The notes below the pieces were generated by a model. That model did not search any database. It saw nothing but the letters and a program-made list of their open reading frames with translations, and was not told the origin of the DNA. DNA of 64,000 nucleotides, from contig OZ024740.1 in assembly GCA_964016885.1 (NCBI GenBank), positions 85,746,001 through 85,810,000 of the forward strand, in the 5' to 3' direction. Origin of the DNA: Eledone cirrhosa (taxonomy: Eukaryota). Both the position numbers and the translations under genes were made by a program. Positions 40,850 to 53,197 of the stretch are shown here, one piece after another. Position 1 is the stretch's first letter. Every line of letters starts with the position of its first letter.

Positions 40850-40970
40850 GCGACGAAATACCAATGATGGTTGGCAAATCACTGATGAGGGACTAATTTT
40901 ATAATATGTAACCCATGTGCAACCATGCAGTTTTCCTCTTTCTTCCCATGTTTTATATATATATATATAT

Positions 40971-41793
40971 TCAAAGTTCTAGTTAAACTTTAATTAGTTA
41001 CCTACCTGGCTATGTGTGCTTATACACTTTTACAAATTATTCCCTGTGATTGTTTCATATGTTCATTTTATATATATATAAATATATATGTCAATCAATT
41101 TCTAGTTGATATAAAATGCTCGGATCTATTCATTGGAATCTTGGAGTCTTGGAGCATATTCTACAGTGGACAGTGGATAAGGCGCATGTCTCTCTGACAT
41201 GACACCCTTAAATTAATTTAATTTAATTTTGAATATATATATACGGCCCCTTAATTGTTGAGTTAACTCAATTGAAAGGACTCGACTGCTATTTCTAGTT
41301 GTCGATAACTCTATTCACGCCATTGAGATGAAGCTGGTGCGATGTGTGTATTTTTGACAAGTGCAACACGTGCTACTAGCCATTCGCAGATTTGGATTTG
41401 CTGTGTAAACACAGATAGTTAAGTCTTCTTCCTTGTTGAAAATCCGAGATTTTTGGCTACTGTGGTTTACCGAAAGATTGATGGTGAAATATATTTCTTT
41501 AATGAAATATAAACAAGGAAGATTAATCCATTTATAAGGTATCTATTTTTAAAGTTCTACTTAAACTTTAATTAGTTACCTACATAGCGATGTGTGCTTA
41601 CACACCTTTACAAATTATTCCCTGTGATTGTTTCAAATGTTTATTTTAGATATATATATACATGTCAATTAATTTCTAGTTGATATAAAATGGTCGGATC
41701 TATTCATTGGAATCTTGGAGTCTTGGAACATATTCAACAGTGGATATGGCGCATTTCTCTCTGACATGACACCCTTAAATTAATTTAATTTAA

Positions 41794-41798
<5 letters not shown>
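40971..41798 (+). mobile_element. Non-coding element with about 255-bp direct repeats (pLTR-like)
   Basis: 40971-41230 repeated at 41551-41798; (TA)n flanks. Confidence 0.7.
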
Positions 41799-41828
<30 letters not shown>

Positions 41829-41830
<2 letters not shown>

Positions 41831-42021
41831 ACGAAGGAAGGATGGTAAGGAACCAGGTGGACCATAACGCACCAGAGTACTCGATACTATGGGTAGTAGA
41901 GTGGGTAATAAGATAAGAGTCAGGACTCCGACGGCTGAGCTCCGGCCGTTTCGACAGCTAATTTTGACCTAGCTGTCGAAACGGCCGGAGCTCAGCCGTC
42001 GGGGTCCCGACTCTTCTCCTA
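41829..42021. mobile_element. Family FB-B fold-back element
   Basis: 52-bp arms 41909-41960/41970-42021 (4 mismatches), 9-nt loop; homologous to 19377-19565. Confidence 0.8.
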
Positions 42022-42356
42022 CATATATATTTATATATATGCACATAAAATCATGAGAATCAAGGTTTCAAAATTATATCCATTTTCAATATCTATGATC
42101 GTTATTATACAGGTGATAAGCTTACATGCATATGCAAACAAGGAATCAATCAGAAAAAAATAATTAAAAATTATTTACATAAATACCTGTATATCATCAG
42201 AATTATAAAAAAATATTGAATTTAACCAAACACATATATCAAGAAAATTGGCATTATCAAATGTTGAATATTGGCAGGCACATGAAGAAAGCAAGAATGC
42301 AAGCGAAACAGGGTAGAAGTATAAGGCAGTAAGTGTGGTGAAGAAGTGTGCTTTTA

Positions 42357-42570
42357 GGGTGGATTGGCAGTATTGGTAAAGCGTCGAACATCAAGCTTAA
42401 CCGCATAGAGTTGCGACTCTTTACGTGCTGATTTCAAATCCCGACTAGGTTAGCTTTGCCTATCATCCTTATGGGATAGATAAAATAAAGTATCAGTAAC
42501 ACACTGGGGTCGATTTAATCGACTTTACCCTTCCATAAAATTCCTAGTAGAAATTATTATTATTATTATT
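42357..42570 (+). mobile_element. tRNA SINE ending in an (ATT)n tail
   Basis: Same family as 38928; the tail abuts the LINE stack. Confidence 0.8.
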
Positions 42571-44219
42571 GTTGTTCTTTGAGTCTCCGTCATTGATGTT
42601 ATTTAACTGGAAGTTTGTTGAAATGAATATCAAGCCGCTACCTGCAGCCTTAGATATTCAGGACGTATCGGAGGGTTGTTGCTGTTCCCAGCAAGCATGT
42701 CTTTTGAAGTGTTCCAAAAAGCGGGGCTGGACTAATCTTCTTTAACCATCCTTGGAAACTCTTTGAGATAGTACCTAGTGCGCCTATGACAATCGGGACG
42801 ACCTTGACTTCATCGCAGTTCCAAATCTTTTAAACTCCCGCTTTAAGTTCTGGTATCGGTTAATTTTCTCCCTCTCCTTTTCTTGCTCTCTCTGGTCAGG
42901 GGGATCAGGGCAAGGACAAACAACAGAGGGGACAAACTATCTCCCTGGAAGATACCTCTCTTGATCTTCACGCCTCCCAAGGATTCTCCACCCGATGTTA
43001 ACTCTGTTTTCCAGGACTTCATACTTTTGCTCAACAACTGTCTGATGTTATCTGCCACCTTGAAGATCCCTAGGCTTTTGGTTATCCAAGAATGAGGTAC
43101 CATGTCGAATGCCTTTTTGTAGTCTATCCATCCCATGGCAAGACCAGTGTGTCTCCTCTTGTAATTCCTCATTACCATCTTATCAATAAGTAACTGGTCC
43201 TTTGTACCACGGGACTTCTTTCGGCATCCTTTCTGTTCGTCCGGTAACAAGTTGTTTATGTGGAGGTGATGGTAGATTTCCTCAGACACAATGCTTGTTA
43301 ACAGTTTCCACATTACGGACAGGCATGTGATAGGTCTATAGTTGGTAACATCATTACCCTTGATTCGGTGTTTGATTACCAGAACTGTGGTACCTTTTGT
43401 CAACCACTCTGGTACCTCACCTGACATCAAGCAGTCATTGAACATGGTTGTCAGTTTCGGGTGGAGGGATGTTATATTTTTAATCCAATACCCCTGCACA
43501 CCATCTGGGCCTGGTGATTTCCAGTTTGTTAGTTTTTTGGCATGCCCCTTAAGAGTTTCAACTGTGATACTCAAATCAGGTTGTTGGAGTGCCTGTTCAC
43601 TAATCTCCTTTTGTACTGTCCCAATCCACACTGCCTGATCATTATGTTTAACATCCTGCTCCCATATTGCTCTCCAGAATGTCTTAGTCTGTTTCGCCTC
43701 AGGGATCAAGTCGTTGCCTCTTTCTTTCCCTTCAAGCTATCCAAACAACATCTTCTAGTTATTGTCAAACATGCGGTTCTGTCTATATTGACTGACTCTG
43801 CTCTCGTATCGCCTAATCTTTGCACTCATTGTTACAATGCGTTGCTTCAGCTCCTCTATGATAATATTTAGCTTTTTCCTTCTAGATTTGTACTTTATTT
43901 CTAGTCTATTTTTAGTGTCTATGTTTTGTAGTGTCCCATTCAGTAGGGACTCAAGCTTTCCAATGTCATTTCTCATTTCCCTGATTTGACCATTCAGTTG
44001 TTTCTTCCACCAATGTTCTGATCTTTCTTGTTTGTTGTTTCCTCTCGCTTTTATGCCAAGTAATTTCCTCACCGCATTTGCTGTTGCTTTGAGGATATTG
44101 TTGCACTGGTGAAGGTTCCTTGCCTCAAGGTATGGGATGACTTTGTTTACCTTAGCTGTTGTTTCTTTTAACTTTTTCCTGTCTAAAAATCTTAAGTTCA
44201 TATGTTTCCCACTATCATT
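42571..44219 (-). mobile_element. Dong/R4 LINE, 5' truncated with internal deletion
   Basis: ORFs 43755-44201 and 42843-43709 (SPGPDG, NYRPITCL, IDYKKAFD, GIFQGDSLSP) joined directly to the RLE C-terminus; (TAA)n flanks. Confidence 0.88.
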
Positions 44220-44232
44220 TTTATTATTATTA

Positions 44233-45642
44233 TTGTTCTTTGAGTCTCAGTCATTGATGTTATTTAACTGGAAAGCTTGTTGAAATGAATATCAATCCAC
44301 TACCTGAAGCCTCAGATATTCAGTACGTATCTTATTGTTCTTCCTGTTCCCAGAAAGCATGCCTTTTGAAGTGTTCCAAAAAGCGGGGCGGGACCAATTT
44401 TCTTTAACCATCCTTGGAAAATCTTTGAGATAGTACTTAGTGCGCCTATGACAATCGGGACCCCTTTGACCTCATGGCAGTTCCAAAACCTTTTTAATTC
44501 CCACTTTAAGTCTTGGTATCGGTTAATTTTCTCCCTCTCTTTCTCTCGCACTCTCGTGTCGAATGTGCAGGCTACATCCACAATCAGGCACCATCTTTTT
44601 TCCTTGTCCAAAACCACCAGGTCAGCTCTATTGTGTTCCAGTTTCTTGTCCGTCTGTATCCTAAAATCCCACAGCACCTTCACCTGATCGTTTTCTATCA
44701 CCGACTCTGGCTTATGCTCATACCACTTCTCAGAATGTGGTAAATTGTTTACTTTGCATAGGTGCCAGTGGATCACCCTGCCCATTACATCATGTCTCCA
44801 GCCTTTATAGTGAGTCTGGGCTAGGTGTTTACACTCGGATACAATGTGAGCCACAGTCTCCTCTCTCTCTTCACAGATCCTGCACAGTGGGCTAGCCTCC
44901 TCCTTGTAAATATGGTGTTTCAGCCACTTCGTTTTGAGGGCCTGCTCTTGAGCAGCCATTAGCATTCCTTCCGTAACGTTTTTAAGGTCTCCTCTTTTCA
45001 AACAGTTCCATGTCTGTGGATCTCTGAATTCAGTTTTCACAAAGAAGGTACTATGAAGGGATTTTTCATGAAGGGTGCACTTTCTCCTCGTTGTTATCTC
45101 CTCCTTGGACATCTCCTGGTCTATTGTCCTCTCCTTCAGTACAATTCTGAGCATTGGCTCCTTACTATTAGTCATGTATTTGTGTAGGTTGTTTTTCTCC
45201 ATCTGAACACAGTCCTCTATGCTGATAAGACCTCTTCCACCTTCAGATCTCCTTAAGTAGAGTCTATCGACGTCACTCCTCTTGTGGAACATGTTGTAGA
45301 TAGTCAATAGCTTCCTAGTCTTCCTATCCATTTCTTTTTGTTCAGCAACACTCCATCTCATAATTCCCGCACTGTACCTAATAATAGACACATCTCGGGA
45401 ATTTACTGCACTTATGGCATTCCTACTGTTCAGATGTGACTTTATTACGCTCCTTACTCTCCGAATGTATTCAGATCTTATCAATTCCTTCATTTTTTTG
45501 TTCTTGATGTCATCAGCCTCCAGAACACCCAAATACTTTTATCCTTCTTCAGTATCAATTTTCTTTATCATCTGACCTGTTGGTACCTGGATTCCGTTGC
45601 TTCTGCTCAATTTACCCCTCTTCATCACAAGGACTCCACACT
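44233..45642 (-). mobile_element. Dong/R4 LINE 3' half
   Basis: ORF 44312-45532 with CRIC..H..C, RHD, WDF.IQTD..HNRADLV..VDVAC; 3' UTR shared with the 42571 copy; (TAA)n flanks. Confidence 0.9.
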
Positions 45643-45660
45643 TATTATTATTATTATTAT

Positions 45661-45800
45661 TATTGGGGAATTTTTCTTTGTTATTTTATTACATCCTCTG
45701 TTTTTTACACGCAGAAATGCCCATTTGTACCGTCCTGTATTGTCCTGTACTGTCCATAATGTCTACTTTATGTAAACCCTTGTGGTTAATAAAGAAAACA
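45661..45800 (+). mobile_element. Tx1 3' UTR stub
   Basis: Matches the 3' ends at 51697-51853 and 53006-53144; AATAAA then (ATT)n. Confidence 0.85.
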
Positions 45801-46035
45801 TTATTATTATTATTATTATTGAATGCCATGGTTGACGGAGGCTCGGCTCTGTAAGGTATAGTAATTTTTAACCGTTAAAACAATTGTAAATTGTTTAAAA
45901 CTTGAACCAAATTGTTGATAAAGATACCCTCCTCCTCGTGAGAGGGGTCTTTCTGTCCGTTATTTGGCCCTTCGGGGTTAAATAACCAATTATTGGGGTT
46001 TTGTACCCAATATTCATTTTAAACAAAAAAACAAC

Positions 46036-48136
46036 ATGGCTACGAAAAAAAAATTTCATACGTCACTCCCACTCATTCCGTCTTCTTCTTCCTCAATCAT
46101 CACTACAGCAGAGAGAAGATTGTCTCTCTCCCTCCCTTCTTTAAATGTGTCTCTCTCCCTCCCTTCTCTTTCGCAAGTGACGAAAGAAAAGAAAAGTCTC
46201 GTGCAAAGCGTGCAAGGTTTCTCCACGACGACGACGACAGCGACGAAACAGGTGTGCGGGAAATACGAAAACCCAGTTCATTCGTCTGACGTCAGGAATA
46301 ATAGCAGTAGCAGCCGTAATAACAACAGCAACAGTGACAATGAAAACAACAGTAGCAGCCGCAACAGCATCACCAGCAGCATAAACAACAACAGCATTAG
46401 CAGCAGTAACACCAACAACAACCACAGCAACAGCAGCGGAGGCAATAGTCGTAGTACCTGCAGCAACAACAAAAGTACCAGCAGCTCTGACGACAACAAT
46501 AACAGCAGCAGCAGAGAGAAACCAATCTCATTTGCAGGTATTGCGAAAAACTTGGAAACAATCCTCATAACAAATGAGGAATTAGAGGAAGCGAAGAAGA
46601 TGGTGACAAAGAATGGACACCGAGCAATCTGCAAGGCAGCGGAAAAATTTTTCGAAACCCAAGAGCACTGTACGGTCACGTACCGTACAGTAAGTACAAA
46701 ATCCCGTAGGGTGGAAAGAGCCACAGAGGCCCAAATACAAAAAGCCTTGGGGTCTGTGTGGCAGCGGAAAACGCACATCACCCGAGGCAAAAAATATGCC
46801 ACCGTAGACGTACTTTTTGCCACACCCCAGGAGGCAAAGGCCCAATCAGTAGTGACCCTAAGGAGCGAGGAAATGGTGTTGGTGCCCTCCTACTGCGGGC
46901 AAAAAATTGTGAGGGTCAAACTGACCCACGTCCCCCCCCCCCCCCGGAATGGCCCCTTCTTGGCTGGCCGCGTCTGTCCTCGTCGGAATCGAGGACAAAA
47001 CAACTGTACTGCAAGTACAGAAAAAAGTAAGAGAAGATTGGGTAGGCACCTCCATTGAGATGCTAATCCAAACCAACCAGGAGTGCATCGAAGCTATCCC
47101 GGATGTGATAGACTTCGATAACGGCACTCAACTGCCCATAAGTGTTGAGGGCAAACGACCGAAATGCTTTCGCTGTGGATCGAAGACTCACCTCAGGGCC
47201 TTCTGCAACGAGAAGACCCTGAGAAAGGAGAAAACCTCCCTCCTTCCGAATCCGGCTCCACGGCTACCAGCAACAGGACAAGCGGCAACCAGGAACGATA
47301 GGTCCGTGGCACCCATACCCACGCCACGGAAATCAAAAACAGCAGCAGCAGTGGAAATATTAACAACAACAACAGCAATACCAAATGCAGCTGCAACAGA
47401 GACTCCAGTGCAAACATCACCAACAACAACAAGTGAAAGAGTGGAGCTGGTACCCCTCCCCGACCTCACAGAATCAGACATGGAGTGTGAGGTGGGAGAG
47501 GGATGGCAAAAGGTCGTAAGAAGGCACAAACGCAGAAGCAGCGCATCGTCGCCTTTGAAAAGGGAGGAAAGAAATGAGAAAAGGGTAAAGTCTACTGCAA
47601 AGAGACCCACAGCAGCAACACCACCAACACCATCACCACCCACACTAGCACCACCGGCGACAACCCCACCGCCAACAACACCTTCAACACCACCACCACA
47701 AGCACCAACATCGCAAACACAACAACAAAACACACACACCCAGCAACAACGACAAGAATATAGCAGAACCACACCCCACCCCCAGAAAAACAAATGCACG
47801 GCAATAAATACACACAACAAGAAACTAATGACTTACATAATTGAACACACAGACATTTCACAACAGGACTACATAATACCAGCACCAATCAAAACACCAA
47901 CTAACATAAGACTGCTAAAAATAGTACAGAAACAATACACAAACATTAAAACGAAATTCCCCAACGCAGTTGGTGATTTAAGGGACCTAGGAGGAACCAT
48001 CAATCGAAGAGTATATTCAGACATTCTCTTAGAAGAGCCGACGACCAGCCGAAGGGACGATTCAACGGTCCCTTCACCAGACGATCAAGTGAAAAGGGAT
48101 GTAAAAACCATCCCTCCTCTACCAAAAGTACGGTAA
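46036..48136 (+). CDS. Tx1 ORF1 (gag-like, CX2CX4HX4C knuckle), frameshifted at poly-C 46932-46945
   Basis: ORFs 46036-47058 and 46949-48136; CFRCGSKTHLRAFC; collinear with the copy at 53450-54953. Confidence 0.8.
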
Positions 48137-48171
48137 GTGGTCTTTCCCATCTTTTCCACTCTATTTTAAAC

Positions 48172-51100
48172 ATGACCTCACTCAGAATAGGCAGCATAAA
48201 TGCGCGTGGCTTGGGGTCGTCATGGAAGCAGGGCCACCTGCTCAACGACCTCAGGTCACTAAACATAGATGTAGTGGCCATCAGCGAGACCAGAATCTCC
48301 GAAGCACAGGCTTTCGCACCGATCTTCGGCGGCTACGATGTGTACGCATCTCCCAGCCGTCCGGGATCGGGGGGAGGAGTTGCTGTGCTTTTTCGGAGAG
48401 GTTTGGATCTTGCCATGCGGGCCATCTTCCTGGACCCTGAAGGTAAGTTGGTGGTGCTGGACGTGACCAGCGGAGACGGGCAAGCTTTCAGGTTAGTGGC
48501 CGTCTATGCCCCGACAGGAGCAGGGCGGCCTGATTTCTTCCGGCGTCTGGAGACCTTTCTTGGAACATCCAGCTCTTTAGTGTTAGTGGGCGACTGGAAC
48601 GGGATCTTAGATGCACGCTGGGATTGTGTGGGATTAGTGGATAGGGAAGGAGGGTGCAAGAGTCTCACCAACCTGCTCAGACGTTTTGAACTGTCTGACA
48701 GGTACCGAATGGATTTCCCGAATGTGCCAATGTGGACTTGGACAAGCCAATGCTAGACCTATCTATTTCCCTACAAATAGAGTATTTTGTAGGGAAATAG
48801 ATAGGTCTAGCATAGGCTGTCCACAATTCAAGATAGTCAGCTACACGGACCACAAATTCGTGATCTGTGTGCTTGACTTAGATAGGCTTCATAGACGAGG
48901 ACCAGGCTACTGGAAGCTAAACGCGTCCTTACCAGCGCGCAAGGCCTACAGAGACCGGATTAGCGAACTAGTTAAGCGGGCTTTGACGGGGGCCATCGTC
49001 AACAACAAGTGGTGGTTTGCTCTGAAAAGAGCGATTAGAATAGAATCGATTAGGTTTAGTAAGGCTTTAGCAATAGAGAAAAATAGAGCAGAGGGAGAAC
49101 TAGTTAGAAAATTAGACGACGCGCTTAGCAAAGGCATTGCGACCGACGTGCTTGCGGCGAAATTGGCCCTTGACCAATTCTTCAATGCAAAGCACGAAGG
49201 CTGCGTTGTCAGAGCAAGGGTGCGTGCTCTCAGACACGAGGGGACGAAAGCCGTTCAATTGGCCCGAGTGGCGGAGGCGCGTCGTGGCAACAAAGCCGCG
49301 ATCCGGTCTTTGGTGGACCACGACGGGCGCATGCTACTCGATCCCGGACAAATGTGTGAAGCTTTTCAGCGACACTTCGCTCAGCTGTTCGGGGGCAGCG
49401 GTGGGCCGGGTAGAGGGATGGACTTTAGTGTCTACCTCGACGGACTGCCGCGGCTCTCGGCCACTGAGGCGAAGTGTTGCGAAAAGCCGATAACAGCCGC
49501 TGAAGTAAGGGAGGCAATGACTCGCTGCACAAGGGGTAAATCGCCTGGTTTGGTTGGTCTGCCCTATGAACTTTACGTACAGATGCCAGACTTGTTCGGA
49601 GGCCTCTTGGCGGACGTCTACTGCAACTGGCAACAGAACGGGAGAATTCCCAGTTCTGTGAGCCGAAGAGCGGTGGCACTGCTGAGAAAGGATCCGAACA
49701 AGGGGGATAACATAGACAATTTCCGGCCCATAACTCTGCTAAACACAGAGTTCAAGATTTTGGCCAAGGTGCTAGCAAAGAGGTTGGCGCTTGTCGTTGG
49801 TGGTCTGGTGGGAGAGGCGCAAACATGCGCCATTCCCGACAGATCCATCCATGACAACCTCCACCTCATGCGATACATCATAGAGAGGGTAGCTAAGGAA
49901 CCTGGCACGGGTGGGTCCTTGATCAATTTAGATCAGTCGAAAGCTTTCGATAGGGTCGACCATCGTTACTTAGCGGCAGTCCTGAGGGCGGCTGGCTTTG
50001 GGCCCGTCTTCATAGGCTGGATCGCTGCCATGCACAGCGACATCTGCTCTGTGGTGAGAGTGAACGGTCACCTGTCGGAACCGTTCAACATCATGCGCTC
50101 GGTCCGCCAAGGATGTCCCCTCTCGTCCCTCTTGTACGTATTGACTCTCGAGCCATTACTGCACAAACTGGAGACGTTGAGGGGAGTCCCGCGCGAACTA
50201 GGATGCGGAAGATCTGTGTCAGCATATGCGGACGATGTCACCGTAGTGGTGTCGAACGCCAAACACATCGAGGCGATCGGCACTACACTAAGAGAATACG
50301 AAGCGGTGACAGGAGCAATGATCAGCCAGGAAAAGTCAGTGGGCCTGCAGCTCGGCACCCGGAGAGGCAGGTCCATGCCGTCCAACAGCGTCGTCGGGCG
50401 CTGGACGGACGTACCGGTTAAATTGCTAGGAGTCTGGTTCGGTCCGGACCTCCAGACGGACAAAAACTGGGACGAGGTGACGAGCAGGGTGGCTTCTCTC
50501 ACCCAGAAATGGGCGGAGAGGAAGCTATCCCTGAAAGGTCGAGCGGAGGTGGCTAACGCGTACATCGCGTCTGTCATCTGCTACCGCCTGACCGTCGTAC
50601 CTTGTCCTAAGCCTCGCCCGACTGCGCTGGAGCGTTTGCTCTTTCGCTTTTTGTGGAAGGGACGTGCTCCGATGGTCAGGCGGTCCATCTGTTGTCAACA
50701 CCCGCTACGTGGAGGGCTGAGCATGCCGTGGCTGATGATGTGCAGGCACGCGCTCAGACTACGACATCTCCACCTCTTCCTCAACGGTGATCAGGTGTGG
50801 TCGCCGTTTGCTAGGCGCGTATTTCCCCAGCTCGTTTCCTTGACGGAGCTGCAGTCCTGGGTCAAGCGAAGACCGAGAGGGAGCGCCTGGAGACTGGAAT
50901 GTCTTCAGGCGCTCACAGCCCTCGACCAATCGGGCAATGTGATCGGTGGAAACTCCACCTCGGCGTTCTATAGAGGATTAGTGGAGGGTAAGAGCGACGA
51001 CGTACTTGGGGAAACTCTAGGCGTCGACGAAAATCAACTAGCCAATCTCTTCGGAAGAAGTTTCGGGCCGGGGCCTATGGACAACTTCCAGAAATCTCTG

Positions 51101-51592
51101 GCCTGGCAGTGCTACCGAGGAGCCTTGCCAGTTCGGGATAAACTCTACAGGCATGGAGGTGCCGTCAGCCGGGCATGTCCGAGATGCGCGCAGGGCGACG
51201 AAACCGTCCTGCACGCACTCGTCCAGTGTCCGAAAATTGCTGACTTGTGGGTTTATGTCGAACACCTGCTGTCGCGTTTAGGACGGAGCCGGCTATCATC
51301 TGAGTCCATCGTGAGGATTGCCCCGCCCTCCTCCTTTAGCCGGGAAGGGCAGGCAGTCTTTATCTGTCTGGTGGCCATGGCGAAAGAGATAGTATGGTGG
51401 ACACGTTTGAAAGGACTGAAGACGAGCACTTACCTCTTCGGTGATGCTCTGATTGACTTTTTCAAATTTCATTTGAAAAGGAAAATCAGAGTAGAGAGGG
51501 AAGTGCTCTCTTCCCAGCATTTTGTTGAAAGATGGGTGAGAGAAGCAAGAATGGCCCGAGTGAATGGGCCTACTCTGAGTATATATCTGTAA
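48172..51592 (+). CDS. Tx1 ORF2 (APE endonuclease + RT + zinc finger), one frameshift at about 48745-48777
   Basis: SINARGL, ISET, GDWN, YTDH, WKLNASL, FRPITLLN, LDQSKAFDRV, VRQGCPLS, YADD, CPRC..ETVLH..C. Confidence 0.9.
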
Positions 51593-51852
51593 ATTAAAGG
51601 TGGAAAACTGGGAGAGGGCACTTGCCTTGGTGGTCAGGGTCATTGTGGCTTTTTACTGGGCTTTCTCCACAAATGTCCCTCCGAAGTCTCCCCCCTATTG
51701 GGGAATTTTTCATTGTTATTTTCATTGTTATTTTTTGTTACATCCTCTGTTTTTGTTTTTTACACGCAGAAATGCCCATTTGTACCGTCCTGCATTGTCC
51801 TGCACTGTCCTTAATGTCTACTTTATGTAAACCCTTGTGGTTAATAAAGAAA

Positions 51853-51908
<56 letters not shown>

Positions 51909-52039
51909 GGCGACCTACGTAGTAAATCGTATCATCGTGAGCTTCGCAAAGGTTTAAAATTGCGATTCATGGAAAATTTTTATTGCTAACTGTATATAAG
52001 TGCACATATCTCTGCTAACTGTATATAAGTGCCCATATC

Positions 52040-53143
52040 TCTGCTAAACACAGAGTTCAAGATTTTGGCCAAGGTGCTAGCAAAGAGGTTGGCGCTTGTC
52101 GTTGGTGGTCTGGTGGGAGAGGCGCAGACATGCGCCATTCCCGACAGATCCATCCACGGCAACCTCCACCTCATGCGATACATCGTAGAGAGGGTAGCTA
52201 GGGAACCTGGCACGAGTGGATCCTTGATCAATTTAGATCAGTCGAAAGCTTTCGATAGGGTCGACCATCGTTACCTAGCGGCAGTCCTGAGGGCGGCTGG
52301 CTTTGGGCCCGTCTTCAGAGGCTGGATCGCTGCCATGCACAGCGACATCTGCTCTGTGGTGAGAGTGAACGGCCACCTTTCAGAACCGTTCAACATCATG
52401 CGCTCGGTCCGCCAAGGATGTCCCCTCTCGTCCCTATTGTACGTATTGACTCTCGAGCCATTACTGCACAAACTGGAGACGTTGAGGGGGTTCCGCGCGA
52501 ACTAGGATGCGGAAGATCCGTGTCAGCATATGCGGACGATGTCACCGTAGTGGTGTCGAACGCCAAACACATCGAGGCGATCGGCACTACACTAAGAGAA
52601 TACGAAGCGGTGACAGGAGCAATGATCAACCAGGAAAAATCAGTGGGCCTGCAGCTCGGTACCTGGAGAGGCAGGTCCATGCCGTCCAACAGCGTCGTCG
52701 GGCGCTGGACGGACGGACCGGTGGACGGAAGACGAGCACTTACCTCTTCGGTGATGCCCTGATTAACCTTTTCAAATTTCATTTGAAAAGGAAAATCAGG
52801 GTAGAGAGGGAAGTGCTCTCTTCCCAACATTTTGTTGAAAGATGGGTGAGAGAAGCAAGTATGGCCCGAATGAATGGGCCTTCTCTGAGTATGTGTCTGT
52901 AAATTAAAGGTGGAAAACTGGGAGAGGGCACTTGCCCTGGTGGTCAGGGCCACTTTGGTCTTTTAATGGGCTTTCTCCACAAATGTCCCTCGGAAGTCTC
53001 CCCCCTATTGGGGAATTTTTCTTTGTTATTTTATTTCAACCTCCGTTTTTTACACGCAGAAATGCCCATTTGTACCGTCCTGTATTGTCCTGTACTGTCC
53101 TTAATGTCTACTTTATGTAAACCCTTGTGGTTAATAAAGAAAA

Positions 53144-53144
<1 letters not shown>
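52040..53144 (+). mobile_element. 5'-truncated Tx1 copy with about 1-kb internal deletion near 52722
   Basis: Near-identical to 49735-50417, then jumps to the equivalent of about 51415 onward. Confidence 0.9.

Positions 53145-53197
<53 letters not shown>

Larger units (their letters stand above)
45821..51855 (+). mobile_element. Near full-length Tx1-clade (L1 group) LINE
   Basis: 5' UTR, ORF1, ORF2, 3' UTR with AATAAA and (ATT)n tail; (ATT)n also at the 5' junction. Confidence 0.92.

Noticed and set aside
45925-45950. tcctcgt resembling the HDV ribozyme L3 loop in the Tx1 5' UTR
   Set aside because: Could not build P1, P2 or J4/2; it folds as a simple hairpin.
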